This document shows positions 28,225 to 41,855 of a stretch of 64,000 nucleotides of DNA, in pieces; position 1 is the stretch's first letter; each line of letters starts with the position of its first letter. A model generated the notes under the pieces. The model was not told the origin of the DNA, made no database searches, and saw only the letters and a program-made list of their open reading frames with translations. The position numbers were made by a program, and so were the translations under genes. This stretch comes from Trichoplax adhaerens (Eukaryota > Animalia > Placozoa): assembly GCF_000150275.1 (NCBI RefSeq), contig NW_002060957.1, forward strand, positions 186,001 to 250,000, given 5' to 3'.

Positions 28225-28650
28225 TGTTCCTCTAGTCTGCTATGAAAAGTTGCACATAGTTATATCGTGAAATGATTGAAACGTCTAGGCAATGCTATAA
28301 TATTTCATTTATGCTTTGAAGATATTTTTATCTTCTGAATTCAACTATTGTCCTTGCTCTTCCAGCTTAATATGAAAAGTTATTGCACACAACTTTATAG
28401 TACTGTAAATTCGTAGGAATAACTAGGCAACGCTGCAATTTTCCCATTCCTGCTTTGAAGACATTTTCTGCCTTCTAAATAGAACTGGCCCTGCTCTCAT
28501 TACTGGATATGAAATATTGGTACTCGTCGTTTTCTTGTCAATGGAATTGCAAAATTGATGAAAAAAGCTTATCATTGCTGAATCTTTTGCTGGACATTTT
28601 TTAAAAAACTTTTACTTCTTATTGAATTCGGCCTATCTGCTCTCCTACTA
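28225..28650 (+). repeat. Degenerate tandem repeat, about 135 bp, about 3 copies
   Basis: TATGAAAAGTT..GCACA...CTAGGCAA(T/C)GCT...TGCTTTGAAGA(T/C)ATTTT...CTTCT recurs. Confidence 0.65.
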
Positions 28651-29317
28651 TGATGTGAGAATGTCGTCGTAAAGTAAATTGTAAAATAGATTGACGTAGT
28701 TTGTTAATGATACAATTTTAATGGATATCTTTTTTAAATGTTCATCGATTCAATTGTTTAGGAATATCCTGAAACTTTGATATTTCCAGGTACTTCTAAT
28801 TAGGATCGTACATACGTTACTTATAACAGTATCTCTATTTTTCAAGTCGTTGATAGAAGCAAACTTACAACAACATTCGTACCATTTTGAACAATCTTAG
28901 GTGTTTATTGCGATCGAAAATAAATTGGAAGTAACGACAGCGATAAATTGGCGGAAACAAGCTCATTTTGACGAGCGATATCATAAACTATATCCTAAAA
29001 TCGCAATATTATTCACTCTCAAGGATAGATGATGTATCGTAAGTTAGTGTGTTGGCTAGTTGAATATTCTGTGTTTAAAGAAAATGCTTTAATATTTGGA
29101 CAGAATAATTAAAAATCAGGGAATTCATTTCTTCGACAACGATGCTACCCTAGCGATACTTAGGTTAAACGAAAACTCTAAGCTATTAACTGATATTCGG
29201 TATTAGAGCTGGTTATTATTCGTCTAGAAGAATGGCAGTCAACCAATCATTACAGTACAGCATATAAATAATTGGTAGTCCATGCGAATCTTTCATTATG
29301 GCCTTGTTAAAGTCTTA

Positions 29318-32300
29318 TTAAAGTTCATGTTTGATGCAGCAGTAACTCATTATAGTTTTATATCCAATATCATCAAGGAAAAAATTTCTTAATGTGTCTG
29401 TAGTCAAGGATAGAAATGAGCATAATCACTTTGGTTAGTTTAGTTATCGGTAGGTTACAAATGGGTGAAATCGATTGCAATTTAATAGATTGCTTACCCA
29501 CGGTAATTCCATCCCCATGCTGCTCTAAAAGATAGAGTAAGAATGTTCTTATTTGATCAGAGCTGAGATAGGGAAAGAGCTGCAACATAAAGTCCTGGAA
29601 ATCATTTTCGTCTTTTTGACCGATTTGGTCGATCTTGGTGAAAGCTGTGTTCTATCATGGGGAGTATAATTTATCCCGTATTAGTTGGAAGAAATGAAAT
29701 TTTAGGCAAGGGAATTTTGCTACCAATAATGCTGATCTAATAAAATTTCCAAGACTCTATACGTTACCCGTATTGCTTTAGAGAGCGTTTCTTCTAACAT
29801 CGGTGTAGCAGATAGAGTTAACATTGCAATCAAATACTGCCTGAAGTTGACGAATCCATTTCCATCCTAGAAAAGACTCTTATTTTTACTGCATATGCTG
29901 TTGAACTGTAGCAATATTGTAGTTTCGAAAGAGACTACAAGAACTAGATGTAAACATACCCAATCTAGTAACGAAAAGATTGGTAAAAGACATGACATTT
30001 CCAGTTGTAGGTAATGGGCTAATTCTTCAATGTCAATTTTTCCATCTCTATTTAGGTCGATACTCGCAAATTTTTGTAGATGGCACTTTGCGTCACTAAA
30101 TGACAGTCTTGATAGAAATAATACTAAGAATAAGAACATGCAAGATGCTCAATTTAGGTAGAAAAGTTAGCATATCTATATGAGAGCTAAAAACCAGCAC
30201 GACCACTACCCAAGTTCTCGATTTAATTTTGAGAATTCAATTAAACCACTTTCCCTTGGCAAATGATAGGCAGTGGCGTTGATGCAAAGGCAAGCATCCT
30301 CATAAGCACAGTCAGTAACAGGAATGGATAAATTTCTACCAGCAAAATGCAAAAATTGAATTAAACTCAATTAGATCATTGATTTATGGTAAAATGTTAG
30401 GCAATAGTGCTTATGCAAAGGCAATCATCGTCATAAACAATCAGTAACACGAATGGATAAAATTTTACTGGTAAAATACAGAAATTGAATTAATAGCTTA
30501 ACTGTGTTTAAAGCTTACTCAGACATAACGTCTCTGACATTATTAGTATACAAGCGGGAACACATCCTTTCCTAAAATGTTGGAGATATTTATACTCGAA
30601 TAAGGATCAATCTCAGAAATTACATATTATTATGACTATAGATTATCTTGACAAGGTAAATAAACTGAACAGTTATCATGGAAGTTATTGTCATGAAAAT
30701 ATGAGAGATTCAGCGAAGAAAACAGTCTTCAATTACCTCTTCGTTTGGATAATATACCGGTAAGAACTAAAAATAACCATATGCAACAGTAAAAATCATT
30801 ACCAATAATGCACGATATACTCGCAATTAAAACTATAAGCACCTCTATAACAGCTTCATGGTTTAGCAGACAAATTGTGTACAGCAATAATCGAAATCTG
30901 AGGTAATTTTAAAGATAATAATGAAAGAAATTTAATAATCCTATCAGCATTTGTAGAAATGAAGTCGTGTTATGAAATTGCTACGTAATTGCAAAATGAT
31001 TCAATTTACGTAGTAGACTCACCGAGAATATCCGCCAAAAACGTAGGTATAGGTGTCCTATCAGTAAGAATAATTATTCAATTAGCATTACAAAGTAATA
31101 TTCAATGATTTTCCTGAATAGTTCTTCGCCCTTTTCGTATACATTATATGGCACTGTGCTTTTAGCGCATAAGTAGACTTACTAATTCGTTAAGATATCG
31201 GATAGTAACTGGTTGCACTGGAACACCAGGAACAAATGCTCCTACAAGCCGCATTTTAATCGAGAAAGGATTTGCAGTTGATGAGATTTGAAAATTGTAA
31301 TACATCTGATGTAATGTCAATGCAGTGGCATTTTAAAGTATTCAGTCATTCACTGCAATGGCTAATTAGTTAAACTTTTAATTTTATACAACTCTAAAAT
31401 AGCAGAATAACCTGACTTTAAGGTCAACAGACAAGTTCTATTTCCATGTGTACCTATAAATGAAAGGCTTCGATATGAGTAGCAGTTATTGCTAAAATCA
31501 AGCTCTCAAATTATGTTAATGTCCTTATATAAAGTAATGTTATTAATTTAGAGAACTCGAGATTAGAGATTTTAGACACTTCTAAATCACCTTCGGGAAA
31601 GATTAATAATTGCGGCCATTTTATTGCACTTTTATTCGGATTACCCACTATTTTATTGATGCTTTCTTTTTCAGTACTCGAACTAGATCTTGAAACATAA
31701 ATTCCTTGATTGATAGATGAAATAGCTAGATTGGAAAATTTAGACATCATCAAGAATGCTATTATTGCATCATTTATCATTCAAGTAGGCCTTAGAAAAG
31801 CTCATTACTATTCATGATGAAATCGGAATCGATGTATTACTAATTCATTAGTAATTACTATTTATAATGTGTCAAGAATATTGCTATTGATCACTTGTAA
31901 GTATTTATTAATCTCGGTATAGTATACTGAATTAACATGGTGCATTTCTATTTTCTGCAGTAAACTTACAACGTAGAATGGGATTATTAAGAAACTCTTG
32001 CTTTCCGATAGAAGCGAAAAATCGGCAATATTGTATTAGTAGAACATCATAGAATGAGGAATGAGGTGCGGCCACGATAATACTTGCTTCCTCCGGGCTT
32101 GCTAGTTTTCCGATAATAGTTACTTTATGAAAACCAAGTGCAAAAATAATGATGGAGGAACCATGTCGATACCGTTCGCGTAAATATCTAAGGCCACAGA
32201 CGGAGAGAAACATAGTTTAAAATAGAATTAGAAATTGTTCTATACTAAAGCTGCATGAAAGTCATTTCTAATTCTATTAGTATATATGTATGAATGGCAT

Positions 32301-33591
32301 AACAGCTAATACGTCTTATAGCCAAGATATAGTAGAAAAGTTTTCAACTAACCTATCAAATATAGATTGTTTCTTAATGTTAGTAAATACAAGATTAGGC
32401 ATGAAAAGATGGCACTAATATATCAACAGTAGTTACTAATAGCCATTCTAATCAAGAAACCGTGAAAATACTATTAAACTAACCTTGAAAATACGAATTA
32501 TAATATTTTTATTGGTAATAAATATGAAATTAGATGCGAAAAAGTGAGTTAACGTATCAATAACATAGTAACTGGTGTCTCTTCTATTCGAGATACAGTA
32601 GAATAATTTAAATTAACCTTTAAAACATAAGTTCTATTTTTTGCTTGTAGTAAATATAACTAATGACGTTACAGCTGGTGGCTCTTTTAATTAAATACCA
32701 TAGAATACCTTTGAATTAACTTTAAAAGTATATGGTATGAGAAGATAGCTCTAATACTTCAATAATTAATAAAGTGATTGATAGCTTTTCTGTTCAAGAT
32801 ACAGTAGAAAAGCATCGAATAAAACTTTAAAGCTGAAAATTAATTTTGATCATGTAGGAGTATATATAAAATACGGTGTGAAAAGATAAATTTCATGAGC
32901 AATGGATGTGTGAGAAATGAGAATTTTAAGGCATTCATATGAATTAATCTTTAATGGTGTAGGAGGAATATACATATATTGCGATATGAGAAGATAAATT
33001 TTAATGACCAATGCATGTGTAAGAAATGAGAATTTTGATATATTCACATGATGTTAGAATTGATTTACCTTCGCCAACCTTGTAGAGGCTGAGTAAGTTG
33101 TTTTGGTGTCATTGATTTCCTTATTAAATAGCTTGTTAGTCCGGCACAAGTTATCGTGATAATTATAATTATTATGCGTATGGGAGCAATGAATATCGCA
33201 ACCAGCAGCATCTAAATAGATACGTAAAGACAAGATCACATGAAGATTGCTTTTGAAATTGCATAGAAAAACTTTTCCCTTTATACTATTTTAAAATTCA
33301 AACACTAAAGAATAAGCGAATCTAAAAAACTTTCATTTCCTTAGGTAAGATAGTTATCTAAATTTAATCATGACCACAACTCTTGCAATTGTATAAAATC
33401 TGTTTTCTTTCTAATATATTTTGTGTACTATCTCTTAGCGTCGATACAAAGCTAGCGGTAAGTTTCGTATACGAATAAGAATGGATTTTAACCTCAATTT
33501 TCTTCTTCATAGTTAAATTTATTCCAGGATGAATAAAGGGATTGCTAACGAGTGTCGGAACTAGACGATGTCTTTTGGATATAGTAACCAT
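29318..33591 (-). CDS. Lysophosphatidylcholine acyltransferase (LPCAT1/2-like) with EF-hands
   Basis: NPF motif, an N-terminal hydrophobic segment, catalytic HxxxxD (APHSSFYD), WPQLLIFPEG, GAFVPGVPVQPV and the EF-hand DLNRDGKIDIEE. The last exon ends ...CIKHEL*. Confidence 0.92.
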
Positions 33592-33927
33592 TGAGTACCT
33601 TGCTAGTTATCATGTAGGCTATAGGATTGGATGTTAGATGTATTTCGTCGATGGAATATTATATACAATAAATGCAATAGGTATGGCTCAATCAATGATG
33701 TTTATCATGTCATTTTTTCGCGAATGTTGATCAACCTTTCGCTACATTATCGGTATATTTACATATCAATACACGTATTTTGTAAATGCATTTTTCATGA
33801 TAATGTTTACATTCGGGTTTGGTGCATTGCTTTCATACATTTTGAGTGAAGGCTGCTACAATGCCAAGCTTTGCTAAGGGAGGAGGATTAAGATTGATAT
33901 TCTTATATAATGCTATATTTACTTAGC

Positions 33928-33958
<31 letters not shown>
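33928..33958 (+). repeat. (AT)n(GA)n compound microsatellite
   Basis: atatatatata followed by gagagagagagagagagaga. Confidence 0.9.
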
Positions 33959-33959
<1 letters not shown>

Positions 33960-34074
33960 GATGCGCGTATTCCTAACGTATAACCTTTAATTCAACATTG
34001 CTATTCTTTTCATATCGAGCCCGCTATTTCAGGGACATTTGTACATATGTAAGCACCGTTCATAATTCACTATT

Positions 34075-34420
34075 CGTCACTGCTAGGGTCAGCCAAGCCC
34101 CGAAAGGATAAATTTCGATCAGATCCTTAAATTTCAGCAACTTTGCGAAATGTTATTTGACAAGATTGTGGGCCACCTTCCGTTAATCATTACTGCTAGT
34201 GTCAGGCAAGCCCCCGAAAGGATAAATTTCGATCAAATCCTTAAATTTTAATAACTTTGCAAAATGCCATTTGACAAGATTGTGGCCCATCATCCCTTAA
34301 TGAATCAATATTCGTTACTGCTGGGGTCAGGCAAGCTCCGAAAGGATAAATTTCGATCAAATCCTTAAATTTCAGCAACTTTGCAAATTGCCATTTTGAC
34401 AAGGTTGTGGCCCACCATCA
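34075..34420 (+). repeat. Tandem repeat, 3 copies of about 115-125 bp, high identity, between the divergent LPCAT and C5orf63 genes
   Basis: ACTGCT..GTCAG(C/G)CAAGC..CGAAAGGATAAATTTCGATCA(G/A)ATCCTTAAATTT...TTTGACAAG(A/G)TTGTGG occurs three times. Confidence 0.92.
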
Positions 34421-34773
34421 TGCCCTGCCCTCCCCCGTGCAGTGTGTCAATCTAGCAATCGTATGTAGAATTAAGCGCGCATGAGTATTGACATTGCTAT
34501 CCTACTACACTCTTGTCTCCAGGCTGCAAAGATAGTCGAGATCAGCATTAAAATAGGAAAGAGAGCAACTGGAAGAAGAGCTGAGTTGCCTAGTTTGGTG
34601 CATCAATGTGATTAGAGCTTGTTCTAAGTGATAAGTTGTCAAACAGTGGGGTAAAAATCACTTGATGAACGTAGTAGTCGTTGTTGAATGCTAGTCATTT
34701 AGCACAGCAATTTGGAAGTCAGCTGCACTTACTGTACTAGAGGGCAAGATCATCGTCAAGTTTTTAGGCTCCA

Positions 34774-36049
34774 ATGGCATTATCAAGATCCATCCTTAGT
34801 CTTGCTCGTCGAGTCACCGTGAATCGCCTAGTTTTCAGTATTCATCCTATTCAAAAATTCTCGTCTTTACCCAAAATTACACTCTTTACTAAAGTAAGTC
34901 TAGTAGACATGTTTCGTCTTTCCTTAATGATGGATGGATCACTTTTAATGTAGAATGTAGAGTAGTGATTCATTACTTGGATTTATTGTTTCGTTCATAA
35001 TTCTAATCAATAAAAAGGTATTAAACACTCATAGTCGGCAATAAATTTGATTTTACTATACTTCACGTCGATATTATTAATTGAAGCGTTGGGTAGCTGT
35101 ATCAATTTTTGCCTGTGCAATGATGAACATCTTTCCTACTTTAACCGTTGTACAGTATAGACAAGTTCCATGTGGCATGCACAAGATATTAAATTCATTT
35201 CATTATCTACTGTTATGTACGTATATCGGTACATCAACTATCAAATAGAAGGATTGCCCACTATGTGAAGAAGCAAAAGAAGTTATTTTGCAATATCGCA
35301 ATAAGGTATTCATTCTATTTTTAGAATGCACAGTAGAGATAGCTATACTACCTTATTAGAACGGAATTGTAAACATAGATATCACAACAGGCTGCTATTA
35401 CATATCGAACGTTAACCGCATAGCGCGTATACAATATTATGCGTAATACAGTATACATATACACATGTATTAAGTTAATAATTTACAGTAAGAAGAAAAT
35501 GATATAAAAATAATGTAGCATAACTAACTCTTTGGTGTTTGGAAGAGAAGAATATTGGTATGATAGAATGGCTGATAGTGAGGTAGTGTTCGAGTGCATG
35601 CCAGTACTGGATGCCAAATGGAAAGGAATGTTTTGGTACTGGATCCAAGCTTATTAAATTAAGTTATCAATTTAATTATCAGCAGGTCGTATGCACTGAT
35701 ATTTTGCTACTACTCATGCAAGTTCTTCATACTCTACTTGAAATTAATTTTTACGGTATTAGTAGCTTGTAGTCAGATATGGATTATTTACAGTTTGACT
35801 ATTGATATGCAAGTTCTTCATACAGAACTTGTTATTTGCTTTTACAGTATCAGTCACTTATACTCAGATATGAATTATTTACAGATTGACTACGAGGAGG
35901 TCGACATCTTATGTCCAGGAAACAAGGAATGGTTTGATTTATACCAGTTTGAAATTCCAGTATTACACATCAATGGTAAATTTGTAGCCAATGGTCATGT
36001 GGACGAATATATCATGAATAAGGAGCTTGGGTTGATTCAGAATGAATGA
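34774..36049 (+). CDS. C5orf63: Glutaredoxin-like protein (C5orf63/YDR286C family) with a probable mitochondrial presequence
   Basis: Exons 34774-34893, 35249-35305 and 35885-36049 translate to ...LPKITLFTK-KDCPLCEEAKE...IDYEEVDI...EWFDLYQFEIPVLHING. Confidence 0.92.
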
Positions 36050-36389
36050 AAAATTGTGACATTATAGGATAAAGTTTCATCGTTGGCACAGTCGTTCAAT
36101 TCATTTATTATACTGTACTCGTATTCGGCCCTACCTTGCAGAGACTGTTTGTGATTTGTTTGTCATTTAATATGGGATGGATTCTTTGAAAATTTATATC
36201 CTATCTAAAATGCTGCATTTCGTTCTAGTTGCAGATTTAAAAGCAATTTATAGACTACTTAGTATAATATCTGTATATAAATTAATTTACAATTTTATTT
36301 TCAATACTATTTCATTGCTTTCAACTCTTTATTGTGCTTGGAGTGATAATTAATTAATCAATTCACTTAAAACGCAAAATGCATGTTGA

Positions 36390-39300
36390 TCATACTTCTG
36401 GTACAAATGAACTTTTCAGTAATCTGTGAAATTAAATAGAAAAGATGTAGAGTAAAACATATGAACATCATCTGCTCGATATTTAGCTTGCGTTACCTGT
36501 TCAAGTTTTGATTCAACAACCTGAAATATTCAGATCCTTAGTGACTTAGGGTGTGTTGTAGTAGGATGAAAATTTGAGAGCTCATGCGTTAAGAGCTGTA
36601 CAATATTACATTTGCTGCATTTTTAGCTAATTACACCCAGATGCCATGTAATGATCAATGGGAACCTGATGCTTTAACCTTATCTTGATCGTAAAAATTG
36701 ATTCATTGATAAGGCTTTAATACATATGATTATATAATTTATTTGCAAAGTATAGATAATATTCATAGCATGAATTTTCATAAACATTACAAGTTGTTGA
36801 CCAACAATAGGAGAAAACTTCGTTTTGAAGCAAAGGAAAATTTAGCTATAGTCATAATTTCATTGCTCAAACTAGCTGGTAGTTGAAATTTGTAGCTTCA
36901 TCATTGGCAATAATTTTAGTTCAAGTATTTATCATAGAATTAGCAAGTCTATCACAGCAGTATAAAATGCTGATCAAAAAAAATTTACCTCATAATAAAA
37001 TTGTGTATCAATTAATCATTGATACTAAGTAACAGCTACAAAATCATTTACAAAGTCTGTATGTCCCATACTGTAGTAGACACTTCCAATTATCCATAGA
37101 AATCAAGATATTATCGGTATGTCACGATGCGCAAAAATAGCAATACAGAGTATTTAAACATGTAGACGTGCGTTCTTTGCTTTTATACACAAACTAAATT
37201 TTTTTGAATTATCAGCTAGGTTAAGAACTCACGTAAGGAGATAAATTACTCATTTTAGGCGATACTAACTCAACGTCATATTTATAAAAAAAATAACCAT
37301 TTCGTCGACTGGAGAGAGTGACTACACTTGTCTTATGCGTTAGATTAACTAAGTACTACGATGACATAAACTTGACAATTGTAGAAGCACTCTACAAACA
37401 TTTCTACAGCATATTTGCAGAATAGTTAACAACTAAGGTTTAAGTTTCATTTTATAACAATAGGTCGAACTACATTTTATTTATTAACAATTCGGAAAAA
37501 GAAACAATAATTAAGGGGTAATACTTTGTTTCCGCCTTACAGAATTCTTTTTTAAGATTTTCTCTACTGTACTTTACAAAGGAGCTAAGCCAAGTTGTTG
37601 CATTACTTTGAGACATCGTAACCTTCCCTCCTATGTACAAACATATACAGTAAATGCAAATATTAAGAGAACGTGAGCATGGTGAAGATTTCAAGCTATT
37701 TTTATTACCTCTTTCTTGGATAGGACAGGTTTTACATCGGAAATGTTGTTGTTAGGCTTTTTTGCTGGCGTTTTATTCCCTTTACCCACTTTTCTTTTGG
37801 TTGAAGCCGTCTGTTTGTCACCCATTTTGGATTTTGAAGGTGAACTTGTAGTATTACCACCATTATTTTCTACATCATTCACAGAATTATTGTCTAATTT
37901 TTGATTTCCTACATTTTCTTCCTCGTTCTCCTAGTTAGATACGATTTAACACTCTTCATTGCTGTTGTTTTACAAAGCACTAGTATACGGGTATGTTTGG
38001 TTCTACTGGCGCTAAAGACTTTACCGTTACGGTTAAAGATATGCATACCATTTTATATAAAACTATCATAAAATTTACCATGTTATTAGAGTCCTGTTGA
38101 GATTCATCTTCCGATTCATCATCTGACTGATCGAAGAAATGCTCAGGGTACTTTCCATGATTGAGGTAATTATCTGCTTCCTGAATTGATTGCTAAAGAA
38201 TAGAGCAGTTATGAATAAATAACGTAATGTATACCGTATTATGACTTAAGCGAACTTTACAAGTGATCTTGTATGATATCATACAATTAATAAAATTGAT
38301 AGCGTATACAATTCTATACCATGAATAGCTTTCCTTTACTTTTACGGTGCAATTTTTTATCAATACCATCCGAGTACGTAATAACGTGCTTTGGCAATAC
38401 CCAAAAGCTGAAATAGAGAATGCTGCTGGTCAGAAATGGTCTATTTTATTGTTAGAGGTAGATTCATTTTCAACATTTGACGCATAGCAACTTACTATTC
38501 ATACGTTCCTAGGAAATGGATTAGTTTTGCTTCTTGATCTTCTTTTTCATTTCTGATAGTCTTGGTTTTTAAAGTCTTGATTTCTTCATCGTGTACAATC
38601 TATCAGTTTGTGATTATTAGTAACAGATTCTATAATATCAATAAATAAGGGAAAAACTTGACAAGTTTATGTTGTATTATGATAGCATTGGTATATTAAC
38701 AAACATGCGTTTCATGGCAATTTTGAAAATTTTTTACTTTGTACATTATAGAGATACCGAATAGCCATGGATATAATTGGATATTTGTGCAGTTGATTAA
38801 GCACTGCTTTTAACACGGTTCGATTTAATAATGAGCTGTCTACAGTGTAATAAATCTCGTTAGGCTGTAGTGGGCTTGCAATTTGAAGTGATTCTTAATT
38901 AAGCAAACTCTGCATTTACATTGTTAATCTATCGATGTGCGAGTATGTCTATATTGCAAACGACTTTAATGCAAACTGTACACTACTATTATTCGCCTTT
39001 ACTGTAACCATGGTAAAGATTCAAGGCTGATAGGCCTGTTACTTGGCAAGTAGGGGTATGCCAGGAATAATAAAAAAAAATGAATTAAGCAGTTTAGCAA
39101 ACTGGCAGAAATAGGCGTATGAGTGTTCTAATTAAGCGTCAACATTATTTGATATTAGATGATTGTAATGAGCATAGGTGAGGAAGAAGGAAATTGATTG
39201 ATAGCCACTATGGAATGGGTCGAGAACATGCGTCATAGCCGTGCGAATAGGACTCTAATCGTAAAGTCAATCCTTGTCCTTTTGCTGAGTATATCAGGAT

Positions 39301-40065
39301 GAAAATATCTACAACAAAGCGTGAGTTGTATACAGTATAGAGCCCATTGACGCCAGTGAACAAGACATTGGTATCCCTTTAATTAGGTAACTCACTAGTG
39401 ATTGGCGTTAATCAGCACATATCATTTATTTGTATTGCATATGCGGTTATACAGTAGGTAAATTAGGGTAGCGGCAAGCATTCATTACAAGATCAAGTCG
39501 CAAGTGATGAATATACATAGGAAACTATTTTATACGGGATTGTGTCTATTCCCATCTGGGTCTTTGCGAAATAAGATTTCTTGGTTGATATTGTGAAAGT
39601 AGAAGTTCGGCCAAACAGAACGAGTTGTGCAAGTATAGTAGATTCGTTCTAGCGTCCATACAGCACTACCACTGCAATATTGCTGTTGTGATTGATTTTT
39701 GTGTCTGTACCGTAAGCTGGCGCATGGAAACCTAGCGCTACCGAAACTGAGCACAAATCGACGTCATTACTGGTCATTGGAGAAGTGAAGATGTAGGATA
39801 ATGATGATTGCTGTTGTCAGTTTTATACGACATCGATAATATCTACAGTTATGCCATGATCGAACGAAAGTTGAAAGACCATGACTGCTCCTTATTTTGG
39901 CTACTTAATTCAATTGGAATGAAAGTTTGCATCATGCTGATGCAGTGCAAAGGAATGACGAAAGCAGCGTTCGTATGTCAAGTATACTATCCTACTTACT
40001 AGGCCAGGCCACGGTGCAAAACGAGCTACTCTAGCCCATACCAAGTTTTCACCATTATCTTTCAT
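36390..40065 (-). CDS. PWWP-domain protein with acidic and basic low-complexity tail (C-terminal exons tentative)
   Basis: Exon 40000-40065 gives MKDNGENLVWARVARFAPWPGL, followed by IVH...LIHFLGTYEYFWV...KLFMQSIQEADNYL. The protein ends either at TAA 37574 or, through three small phase-2 exons, at TGA 36390. Confidence 0.8.
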
Positions 40066-40214
40066 ATTAAGGCCTAAATTAAATCAAGTTTCTCTCTTGA
40101 AGGCAACCACACAACAGCAACCAGCTACTACGAGATGGTGGATTGGGCAATGGCTGAAAGCCTGCAACTCGACAAACCCGCGAAATTGACGACGGTGTCA
40201 TGTCCGGCCGTCTG

Positions 40215-41710
40215 TGCACAGTGTACAGTATACAGTGTACCATTCTACAGTACAGTATTGTACTGTAAGTTGTCCCTTTTGGGTCCCACACTAGAGACCC
40301 AGTTCAGTCCAGTTCCGAGTCGAGCTACGGGGTCAGGGACTGACAACAGTCGTTCAGTATACGAAAATGACTGGGCTGACTCTTTAGCTGGTCATCTCAC
40401 CTAAAGCGTATGTCTGGAAACGATACCCTTATACTGTCCACCATTTTGGTCTAAATGAGCCGCTTGGTCGATTTTGTAGAGTGGAGTAGACGTTTTGGGC
40501 AGTAGCGTATACTAGAATAATTAGCCGCTTGGTCGATTTTGTGGAATGGAGTAGACGTTTTGGGCAGTAGCGTATACTAGAATAAGCAGTAAAACGATGA
40601 TTAGCCCCCCACTCATTATTTTGCAGTCAAACGGCCGCGACGCGTCCATCCGTCTTTCTGTACGATACTGGTGCTTGACAGACGGTAATGTACAGTACAG
40701 TTCACTACTCTCATGAGATAGTAGCACACAGTGCATAGTACTGTATGTACAGTGTACAGTACTTCTGTCATGCAAGTACTGTACTGTACTGACTGCATAC
40801 CTACGGTAGAGACACTAAAAAATGGAGTCGACGTTTACTAACTAAACTAAAACTCCAATCAAAAATAGGCCAAAATAAATCAATTTATTACTGTACAGTC
40901 CTGTGATTGCTGTCATCATTGACTAGAAGACCTGGACTGAATCACTCCCTCGGACAGACGGACTTTTCTTAGCAGACGAGGCCGTCCATACTGCACTGAG
41001 CAGACGCATGGTCAAGGAAAAACCGCACAGTCGACAGTAGAGACCGTCTATGAGAGTCTGTAGTCGACAATATTGCTAGTGTTTCGTGAAACTTGACATG
41101 TACTGTACACTGTACACTGTACAGTACAGTACTGTACTATAGAGGACTCTACTGTAGATGATAGAATAATTACTGTACTGTACAGTACAGTACAAGTACT
41201 GTACTAGTGTACTGTATACTCGTATAAGTAAAGCATACTGGTATTTTCAATCCAATGGATTCCTTTGCAGGACGTCTACTACGTCAATACCGACACTGTT
41301 ATAGTACTACTAGTACTAGATGAAATGTTGTAGGTATAGTAGAAGGTCGGGAGTCATGAATTGTTCTTATTCAGTATACTTGTAGTGGCAGTATTTTGCC
41401 TACTGTATTTTGCATACTGTACTTTGCAGAATGAACGCAATGCAGTGTACAGTGTACAGTGTACAGTGCTGTCCTGTATTGTACTGTACTGTACACTGTA
41501 CTGGATTGGATAGTATCATGTTGCGTAGTTTGCCCACTTTGGGGCAATATTGGAAGAAATACGCAGGTGCAGTTTGGCAGGCCCTGAACTGCGCATCCGC
41601 GTTCCGGCCCATTCCCTACATGTTATCGTATCTCAATTTCTACTGTGTACAGTATGTGCGTTGGTGGTCAGCGTCCATCATCATACTGTAGTCAGTGTAC
41701 TGTAGACTGC
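40215..41710. repeat. Multiple TACAG/TACTG tracts in the divergent PWWP/ARIH1 intergenic region
   Basis: Clusters at about 40215-40270, 40685-40800, 41098-41220, 41400-41500 and 41640-41705. Confidence 0.85.
40458..40585 (+). repeat. Direct repeat, 2 copies of 63 bp (period 65)
   Basis: AGCCGCTTGGTCGATTTTGT(A/G)GA(G/A)TGGAGTAGACGTTTTGGGCAGTAGCGTATACTAGAATAA occurs twice with 2 mismatches. Confidence 0.95.
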
Positions 41711-41855
41711 AGTGACCCCCTAGCGACTGTTGAATCAACTCGGTGTAGTGACCTGACTTTGCGAGTGAAACAAAGCATTCCGTCATTTTGAAGCAATTCA
41801 TCACTGTTGTCGTCCGCCATTTGTTGATCGCTGTCGGGCTTGCTCGATTTTCATC

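Noticed and set aside
32853-33047. Short degenerate intronic or intergenic duplications (also about 35716-35830 and 62590-62720)
   Set aside because: They are real but ordinary local tandem duplications.
34075-34420. Ribozyme-bearing tandem repeat (CGAAAG motif)
   Set aside because: No CUGANGA hammerhead core or HDV-like pairing was found by eye on either strand.
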